Both the position numbers and the translations under genes were made by a program. The notes beneath the pieces were generated by a model that saw only the letters and a program-made list of their open reading frames with translations, did not search any database and was not told where the DNA came from. A DNA stretch of 64,000 bases, from NCBI GenBank assembly GCA_951406725.2, contig OX597828.1, positions 17,546,001 to 17,610,000 of the forward strand, in the 5' to 3' direction. Within the stretch, counting starts at the first letter, position 1. Each line of letters opens with the position of its first letter. Positions 54,133-64,000 of this stretch are shown piece by piece. Origin of the DNA: Octopus vulgaris. Its lineage: Eukaryota.

Positions 54133-54982
54133 TTGCAATGCTGGAAACAAAATCAAAGCAGTCAAGTTCAATGTGAGACGGCTATGAAGTGACAATTTGT
54201 GGCAATCATTATATGCATTTTGGTTTACATATTTTTCTGTTTAGTTTTTGGTAATTCGAAGTGGGGCGTTGGGGAAAATGAATTAGTAACACACCTTTAG
54301 GTATTAATACAAATATGGGAATAAATACATATTTTACATGTAAACTCATGTAATTGTACAGATTTGGGTATTCTTAGAAGGAAGTTCAAAATTTCAACCT
54401 TGCGCATAAGAACCTATTTTCTGTCTCCTCGTATTTACTCTAAACGAAATAAAGAACCGACAACATGTATTCACATATAATCCAAATACTCAAAATCTTT
54501 TCTCTTACAAGGTCATTATCTCTTCCTAACAGCTTGACGAAGTGAAACAAAATATATAAAATGAAGAGCTCCACACAGAAAATTATTAGAGACGCCATTT
54601 TGCCACTACAGTGTAATGCACAGACAATGGTATATAATGGAATATAAATAGATAAGACGTTCTCCTACTTGTGGCTGACAATGATTAAGGAACATGGCGA
54701 AGATGAGAAAAGATTATATCAGTCAAGTAAGAGCAGAGAAAGAAGAAAAACGTCTGAAAGCAACAATATAACAGTAGATTCGAATTCAATGTAAAGGGAT
54801 TTAATCTCAGCCCTTTACACTAACGCCGCCCCACCTCTCCTTCATATCCTCAACGCTTTCCATTTAGATAACGGCCCTGTCACATTTCCACTCTCTTATC
54901 CGTGTTACATCTCGATAAGCAAGGAATGTGAGGTTCATTTGCTTTTCCTAGGGCACAGCACAATGCTATTATAAATATATAT

Positions 54983-55023
<41 letters not shown>

Positions 55024-55119
55024 CATACATACATACATATATACATACATATATACATATAGTAAAGATATATATATATATATATATACATATAGTAAAG
55101 ATATATGTATGTATGTATG

Positions 55120-55159
<40 letters not shown>

Positions 55160-55306
55160 TTCAGAAATATATGTACATCTGTCCATATTCAATCTACAGA
55201 CACACTTCATTTCTATATACATTTGCACGCGCACACATCTACACATACACATTCATATATGAACACCTATATATTCACACATATTATACAAACATTAGCC
55301 GAATAC

Positions 55307-55353
<47 letters not shown>

Positions 55354-55781
55354 TTTATACGCACATATACGCACACAAATATACATACACACACAATTAC
55401 ACACACATATATATATGCACATATATACACGCACGTGCACATGTACCTACGTATATATATATATATACATATGTGTATGTGTGTGTGTTATTCCTTTTGT
55501 TGCAATCGTTAAGCTGAAATACCCAAGTAGGTCTCATTAAAGGGAAATATACGTAGTATTAGCAAAAGTGATATGTGTAAACCGCAAGCAAACTATTAAT
55601 GCATAAGAAATTAAATAAGAACCAAATAGAGCTTCGAAAGAATCCGGAATTACTTTTCGCCTTATCAATTCACCGATGCCTTCCCCAGATGCAATTTTAT
55701 TCTTGTTATTTTCTATACGATGCTCCATTATTCTCTCTGCACCTGATATGGTCGTCAATTACATATACGTATACATATACA

Positions 55782-55950
<169 letters not shown>

Positions 55951-57794
55951 GTATATATACACGCATAAATAAATACATATATATATTTATAGGTATATGT
56001 GGATATCTATATATGTATATGTATAGACATATACATTTATCCACATGTATATTTGTTTGTATGTTTTGTACTTTTTTTCCTCATTATATTCTCGTAACAT
56101 CCACCTTTAACCTCTGTGTATCTCGGTATAGAGGCAAATGTTGTCAGTAAGTGAGTGACTATAGGAGAGTCTGAAAAGAAATAATAATAAAAATAAGAAT
56201 GTTTACAGCACATTATAGTTTCTTAGCCGCAATCATATTCTCTGGAATAGGTTTTCACTTATTACAATGTTTTTCTCTCCCCCCTCCCCCCACACACCCT
56301 GTTTTTTTCCCTTTCTATTTCTTTTCACCCTTTACGTTTTGTTTTTGATGCTAGGATGCGAATATCTTATTCTACTGTTCAGCATCCATTGGAAAGATAC
56401 ATAGATCAAATAATTTCACCATTAACCAATACAACCAAAACATAAATTCATAGCTGTCGGCTCGCTTCATCTCAGATAAATCTTATACAGTGTCTTTTCT
56501 TGCCATTTAAATAAACATTATTTTCCTTACACTCAACATTGTTATATATTCTGTCATTTTCAGTTATCATCAGAGATGTATAGTCACTAGCATCGTATTC
56601 ATATTCATACCGTTGACCGATATAATTATTGAAAACCATAATCTTGTCTACAAAATTAATACCAATTTCCCAGAGGGATTTCTACACTATCAGTATTTTG
56701 AAGAATGCACAACTTTTATTTTATCATTAGCATTTGGAAAATTGACTAAAGGCCAAACAAGAAAATTATCTTTAGAATAATGGTTTATTGAACATTGAGC
56801 GATTAGAAGACCGTTACGTGATGGTAAACTTGTTGAGGGAGATGACTTTGTAATGCAAGTTCAATTCTTACTTAAATCATATACCAATGATTTGCCTTCG
56901 TTGCTGCCCCTGTTGTTTTTTACCGTTGTTGTTTTTTCTGTCTCAGCCTCTCAGCTCTTCCTTCGTACGATACAACCTAGGTGAAAAGAATTGATTTCCG
57001 TTATTCATAACCATTGAACTCCTGTTGTTGTTGATGTTGTTTAGTCTGAGGTCAACCTTGCTTGAGTAGACATTCCATCCATGATTATCCTGTCCAGTTG
57101 TATATCACAGAACACATCTTCCAGTCTGTTGTTTCAATATTTAACAGAATGGCATGAGATTTGAAGTAGATTTGGATAGTATTTTTCGCAAAATGATCAA
57201 ATACTTTGCTGGGATTTTAAATAGTGTTTTCGTTCAACATTCTGTATTCAAACTCTAAAGTTGTCAACTTGGCTCATTGCTCTTTTATAGTTTGACAAAA
57301 TTACCGATCAGTGCTGAGCAGATATACTTCACTTTTCTGCTTGGATCCTAACGATAAGGCCAAGGTCAGATCTTGTCGCATTGCTTCAATCTGCTTCGGC
57401 CTAAAATTCGCATTAATGTTATATGGATATTTTGGAACAATACTCTGCCGATAAATGCTCCTCTTCGAGACTGACCGAAAATCGACTCGCATTAAATGCC
57501 ATGATAAACGAACGAACATCTCAGCCTCTCAGCTCTTTTCTCTCACAAATACATGACATTCGAGGCAACTCAATGGAAAAGAATTGATTTCCATTATTCA
57601 TAACCATTGGACTAATTATTTAAAGTGAATTGTTAATTTGTTTAATTAAAAGCTCCAATCTGCTGAATGGACAGATCGTATGTCTGCAGCAAGAATCGTC
57701 TTTCTTCCATATATTATGGAAATAAGCTTTGCAATTCATATATTGTAAATAATATATATATATATATATACATATATATATCTTCTTTCATCTC

Positions 57795-57827
<33 letters not shown>

Positions 57828-57899
57828 ATATATATATTTTTATTTTATCTAGTTTCAGCTCACGAGTTGTGGCCATGCTGGGGCACATATTCATTTATG

Positions 57900-58285
57900 C
57901 CTTTCTCTTCTACTTGTTTCAGTTATTGGACTGTGGCAAATCTACCCGAGTACTTAATATTTGAAAGTCTAGTGCTTATTCCATCAACCTTTTTCTAACG
58001 AACTGCTAAATTATGGTGACGCAAACAAACCAACGCCGGTTGTCAAGCGAAGGTCGAGAACAATCACACATACAAAGATACACACACAGACGCATGCACA
58101 GACACACGCACACATACTTATACACATGACTGTCTTCCTTCAGTTCGTCTGACGAATCCACTCATAAGGCTTTGGGCAACCCGGGGCTATCGTTGGATAC
58201 CCTTGCCGAAGACGCCACGCTGTGGGACTGAACTAAGCAGCTATATGATTGGGAAGAAAGCTTCTTACTACACAGTCACACCTGA
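57900..58285 (-). mobile_element. degenerate SINE family A
   Basis: CTTGTTTCAGT.ATT.GACTG.GGC...GGTTGTCAAGCG...AATCCACTCA.AAGGC...GCCACGC.GTGGGACTGAAC. Confidence 0.8.
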
Positions 58286-58296
58286 GTCTATATACA

Positions 58297-58341
<45 letters not shown>

Positions 58342-58479
58342 TTATATATATATATATCCTCCTCGACTCTCTCTTCGCTGACACGTGACGAAAGAGAATC
58401 TGCCTTTCTGACTACTACCTTCGTAAAGACAACAACGTGATTATACTGTCTCCTTCATAAGCTCGTCCTCCCAGCGTTC

Positions 58480-58835
58480 GGAAGAATTTTTCTATCGACT
58501 TGGCTTAACAACCCTCAACGTTTGTTTTTACTTTTTTGTTCTTACTCTCCTGTTCTTGTTACCACTTTCACCCTCCGCAGAAAACCCCAAATTCTATTTA
58601 ATTTGCTTTGCGGCAAAGACAGTTTCAACGAAGTCGTGTCCTGTCCTTGCCTTCTGAACCCGAAGTAGATGAAACAGGGACAACTGAAGAAGGGGAATAT
58701 TCTTTACGTTTCATGTCTCTTTTCTCTGTTTGTTTGTTTTTTTTCGTTGTTCGAAAAAAGGTTCGTTTCTATGTTTTTGTTCTTGTTTTCGTTTCTCATT
58801 GTGTTCAACGTTTTTTTTTATCCTGTACCCATATA
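58480..58835 (+). repeat. second copy of the 16400-16780 repeat
   Basis: Colinear similarity including the 3' end TCCTGTACCCATATATGCATGTATATA. Confidence 0.8.
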
Positions 58836-58916
58836 TGCATGTATATATACATATATATGTAGGTATGTACATATTTATGTATATATGCATATATTTATAT
58901 ATTATTTATATTATAT

Positions 58917-58966
<50 letters not shown>

Positions 58967-59084
58967 CGTAAACAATAATCTGTATTATTATTCCCCTAGA
59001 GTAAACATACGTATTGTTAAGCTATCCCACGAAATCGAGGCTATGATCTACTATACGTGTATAATAAATTATTATATGGCATAG

Positions 59085-59420
59085 AGTTAGAGCGTGCTGG
59101 ACGGCTTTTGCTTCAATATAAAATTTACTCAGAGAACAGCTGGAAAAGACTCTACCTTCCAGCTCTTCATTACCACAGTCTTACCTCCTGCGATGTTATA
59201 CACAAGGAAGTTAGTTTCAACGAATAAGAAAGAACAGCAACTGGTTATAAAACAGAGCATTATCAATAAGCAAAGCGTGATGATTCGAGAATAGTGTGTA
59301 GTAATGGATGTGGTCATAGAATAACTCAAGTATATGTTACGCTGTGTTGGGTATGTTGCACAACTCAGCGGCAACGGTTGGGCGTTTGGAAATGTGAAGT
59401 GTTATTGACGAAACCTTTCG
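59085..59420 (+). pseudogene. RTE-clade LINE C-terminal remnant
   Basis: LFITTVLPPAMLY...TNKKEQQLVIKQ...IRE*CVVMDV...LRCVGYVAQLSGNGWA, cf. LF.TTVLPAMLY..ETW..TK.EE...IR..S.V.D...RWAGHVAR..DNRW. Confidence 0.7.
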
Positions 59421-59460
59421 GAAAACTTCAAATCCTCTGCAAAGACAATATAGTATAACA

Positions 59461-59526
59461 CAATCGTCCCCAAACTGCTGTCCACGGACCCCTGTTGGTT
59501 CACAAATGTAGAATTGGGGACCCCTG
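59461..59526. mobile_element. short hAT/Charlie-like MITE remnant
   Basis: CA.T.GTCCCCAA ... TTGGGGACCCCTG inverted ends with internal GTCCACGGACCCCTG. Confidence 0.4.
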
Positions 59527-59594
59527 AACCAAATTCAAAATTTCATATATATATATATATATGCGCTTCAGTTTAACGAAGTTATAAAATTATC

Positions 59595-59651
<57 letters not shown>

Positions 59652-59679
59652 CAAATCTCAAAAAACACAAACAAACGCA

Positions 59680-60480
59680 ATTTTAACAGGAACCGTCAAA
59701 ACACAACATGCGAGAAAAGAGATGAAAGCACAGCAAATATCACAAAAGAATTTGTTTGGTATTTGTGTGCACTCTCGTCCAATGGCTGCTCTCAAATCAG
59801 TGACTTGTATGTTTCATAGCGTAGAATTTGTCTTTAAGGTATCCCCATAAAAAAGTCTAGTGGTGTGAGGTCTGGTGAATTCAAACATACCTCTTCATCC
59901 AATTCACCTGTTTAGCAAGATCTCATCAAGGAAGGATCTAACATAGCAATGGTAGTGTGGGGGTGCCCCATCTTGCTGAAAATAAAACTCCTCATCTTCA
60001 AAGTCTTCTCTAATGCTTGGCATAACAGACTGTTGCAACAAGTTCAAGTAAACGGGACCAGTCACAGTAGCATAACAAAAGAATGGTGCAATTAATCCTC
60101 TTGATGATAAACCACACCACACAAATATCAAATTAACATGGTGTTTCACCATAACATGCATAATCACAGAGAAGGATTATATTTTCGATTTGTTTTCGTA
60201 GTTAAACACTTTAAAGCATTTGGTATACATACTTTGTACTCGAACACATTTTTCAATTATTTTAATACCAAACGCACAATGGAATGTAACTTTTCCATTG
60301 ACAATGCTTCAAAATGCATTGGACAGATGATTTTGGAATACCTACCTCATGACTCGCTTTGCCGCACAGATTTTCTTGGACTTTGGTGATTCATTTCGAG
60401 TACTCCTTGCTTTGTTGGGGTTGTTGATGTTCGGGGTCTTCTGGAATGCTTATCGTGGACATTCTGAACAGTTCTATCAG
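59680..60480 (-). pseudogene. Tc1/mariner superfamily (rosa/DD41D-like) transposase remnant
   Basis: N-terminal VQNVHDKHSRRPRTS, then [27 protein letters not shown]...[20 protein letters not shown] and SPDLTPLDFF.WGYLKDKFY, with stops and frameshifts. Confidence 0.9.
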
Positions 60481-60674
60481 ATCAAACCAGTCTCTAATTC
60501 AGAATATGTGAATAGATAACGACTCTCAAAGCATAACGCATTACTAAGACTATAGTTTTTAAAGTTATCCTCTCTCAAGACTAATCTGACTGCCATGCAT
60601 TAAATCCTAGTAGGATTTTGGAAAGTACCGTTTCAAGAAACGAAAGCTTCTGATATAATACAATATCAAAGAAA

Positions 60675-60716
<42 letters not shown>

Positions 60717-60722
<6 letters not shown>

Positions 60723-61207
60723 AATCTAAAAACACAAACAAACGCAACTAACTACAGTAACAGCTAGTAATCTGAAATAGAGATCTGCAAAGGAAATTTG
60801 GATACAGATCGCCACATCATTTGTTCCGTAAGAATACAGTAAATAATCCATGAGCATGCAGCATTTATGGTCGTGATACTTTACAAAGTGCAAAGTGTCG
60901 TACATTGCTTAGATGCAAATAGTTAATTCGAGATGATACACTGAGGGAAATTAATGAGGGTCTGAGGAGGATATGGAAGCCCATCAAAGCCACAACCATA
61001 ACTGATATGCTGATGTACTATAGGAAGAAAATAGTCGACCACGGTGGAATTAGAACTCACAGCGTAAAACGGACGAAACGCTGACAAGCATTTTGTCTGG
61101 CGTGTTAATAAGAGAATCACAGAGAAGGATTATATTTTCGATTTGTTTTCGTAGTTAAACACTTTAAAGCATTTGGTATCTACCTACCAACCTACCTACC
61201 TACCTAC

Positions 61208-61304
<97 letters not shown>

Positions 61305-61410
61305 AATCTATCTATGTATCTAACGACTCTCAAAGCATAACGCATTACTAAGACTATAGTTTTTCAAAGTTATCCTCTCTCAAGACTAAATCTATCTATC
61401 TATCTATCTA

Positions 61411-61463
<53 letters not shown>

Positions 61464-61509
61464 CTACACACACACACACACGCACGTATATATATATATA
61501 TATATATAT
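60717..61509 (+). repeat. mosaic of short direct copies of nearby sequence
   Basis: Six segments match sources within about 1.1 kb, plus one SINE fragment; see findings. Confidence 0.9.
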
Positions 61510-61913
61510 CCATAGAATTACTACAGTAACAGCTAGTAATCTGAAATAGAGATCTGTAAAGGAAATTTGGATACAGATAACCACATCATGTTCTGTAAGA
61601 ATACAGTAAATAATCCATGAGCATGCAGCATTTATGGTCGTGATACTTTACAAAGTGCAAAGTGTCGTACATTGCTTAGATGCAAATAGTTAATTCGAGA
61701 TGATACACTGAGGGAAATTAATGAGGGTCTGAGGAGGATATGGAAGCCCATCAAAGCCACAACCATAACTGATATGCTGATGTACTATAGGAAGAAAATA
61801 TGAAGATGGAATATAAAAAAAACTATTTCTCGTATAAGCATAAATGCTCAGGGAAGGAGATACAAAACGCATTACAAATGTGTATCTACCTACCAACCTA
61901 CCTACCTACCTAC

Positions 61914-62002
<89 letters not shown>

Positions 62003-62042
62003 AATCTATCTATCTATCTATCAATCTATCTATCTATCAATC

Positions 62043-62115
<73 letters not shown>

Positions 62116-62137
62116 CTACACACACACACACACGCAC

Positions 62138-62182
<45 letters not shown>

Positions 62183-62367
62183 AAAACTGGATGACAAACG
62201 AAGAAATGATTGTCTTATGAACTTGTTGAATCTCATAAAATAATCGTTTATTCCTTTGCCATGTCATTTTATTACTTCTCTGTACTCGACTGACGTGTCG
62301 CTTTCGGTTATATGCATATTGAATTCTACACCTGTTTATTAGTCTCGCAATGTCTAAGCGAAATATT

Positions 62368-62405
<38 letters not shown>

Positions 62406-62462
62406 TATAAGTGCATACACACATGCAAACATAATTCATACACATACATACGTACATGTATG

Positions 62463-62518
<56 letters not shown>

Positions 62519-62524
62519 GTCTAT

Positions 62525-62842
62525 CCTTTTATTCTTTTATTTCTTTCAGTCACTGACACCGGCTATGCTGGAGTACCGCCTTTAGTCGAAGAAATCGACC
62601 TCAGGACTTAATACTATTCTGTCGGTCCTCTTTGCCGAACCGCTGTCTTACAGGGACGTAAACACATCGACATCGGTTGCCGAGTGATGGTGGAGAGACA
62701 AACACACACACACACGTGTATATACATATATATATATGTATACGACGAGATTCTTTCAGTTTCCGTCTACCAATTCAACTCATAAGTCTTTGGTCAGCCT
62801 GACGCTAGAGTAGAAGAGCCTTGTCTAAGGTGCCACGCAGCC
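62525..62842 (-). mobile_element. SINE family A (5'-truncated)
   Basis: TTTCAGTCA...CCGCCTTTAGTCGA...TTCTTTCAGTTTCCGTCTACCAA...AAGGTGCCACGCAG. Confidence 0.85.
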
Positions 62843-63869
62843 TTTTGTATTGTAAATTCTATATAGAGAGAGAAACAGACGGAAAGAGAGAGAGAGGGAA
62901 AAAGAGAGAGAGAGAGAGAGATTACCTCGTTTATATGTGTATGTGTGCATATATATATATATATATATGTTTAACTGTCTGTCTTCTCCCCTTCTCTGTC
63001 TCTCTCTCTCTCTCTCTCTCTGTATACGTCTGTACATATGTACGTATATACACACACTAACTTACTCTCTCTCTCACACACACACATACACACATATTTC
63101 CCCCACGCACACACATACAGACACATACACACACACACACACACTCACACACACACACACACTGAGACACGATTGTCTGGTTAAATATTTTTGCTCTGAA
63201 ACCACAATGTTTTCGATTCAATCCCACTAAAATATTCTACCCCATCTTCCTGTCTGATTGCCCGAGCGTCACACATTTGAAACCCATCTATTTACTGTAC
63301 TATTTAGGGCTTATCTCTCAAGGTTATACTTAGAATTTATTTTTCGTAACAAGTTGATTTTATCTTACATTTCCAACGAACCACACAACGAGGATACATT
63401 ACATGATTCCAGTGGAATTTCTTATATAGATCGGAGTTTAACTTATCATCAACCAATCAAATCAGTGTTAGCTGTTCGTCAGTACAGCTCGTTCCGATTA
63501 GTCATAATGTCATTGATAAGACTACTTGTTACTCTATTTAAAAATTTATTTTCCCTTAGTTTTTGTTACACATTTTAAACTTGCTGTATTAATTTCCTCT
63601 TAACCATTTTTATGTCTCTTTCTAATTTTCCTTCTTTCCTTGTTTCTGTCTAAGTACTTCTTTGGCTGTTGTTACCGCTGCTGTTTTTAATGTTATCATG
63701 CTATGTAAATAAACTTAATTCAGCTTCATTTGAAACATATTTTCCCATTTCACTTCTTTAGAAATAAATAAGTAAATTATTAAAGAAGTGGATAAAATGT
63801 GTTTTGTACTATTTTTAATCGAATTGATATTAGCAGAAACATTTCTAAATTAGTATTTATGTATGCATA

Positions 63870-64000
63870 GGGGCGAGCTGGCAGAGTTGTTAAAACTCCG
63901 GGCGAAATGCTTAGCAGTATTTCGTCTGCCGTTATGTCAGCTTTGTCTTTCATCCTTTCGGGGTCGATTAAATAAGTACCAGTTACGCACTGGAGTCGAT
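63870..64000 (+). mobile_element. SINE family B, runs off window end
   Basis: GGCGAGCTGGCAGA...CCGGGCGAAATGCTTAGC...TTTCATCCTTTCGGGGTCGAT.AA.TAAGTACC (Nin-like domain). Confidence 0.88.

Noticed and set aside
60280-60300. TGGAATGTAA matching the 5' end of miR-1
   Set aside because: Only 10 nt match, inside a transposase remnant, with no precursor context.

Overview
AT-rich eukaryotic non-coding DNA saturated with microsatellites [(TA)n, (CA)n, (AAT)n, (TAC)n, (GAA)n, (TAGA)n]. It carries several tRNA-derived SINE families whose style points to an Octopus/coleoid genome (inference). Almost all ORFs in the supplied track are translated microsatellites. Recognisable coding remnants are transposon relics: a Penelope-like (PLE) RT, a PLE C-terminal fragment, two Tc1/mariner-superfamily transposases (maT-like and rosa-like), mariner MITEs and an RTE-clade LINE tail. 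One plausible host first coding exon (signal-peptide-like, phase-1 donor) lies at 20182-20419. Two signals stand out. (i) About ten minimal hammerhead-ribozyme-like motifs sit in short PLE-terminal/retrozyme-like repeats, some with intact cores and some with non-canonical cores. (ii) Several local templated duplications occur, including a seven-piece patchwork inserted in a (TA)n tract at 60.7-61.5 kb. All alignments and folds were done by eye, and element boundaries are approximate.
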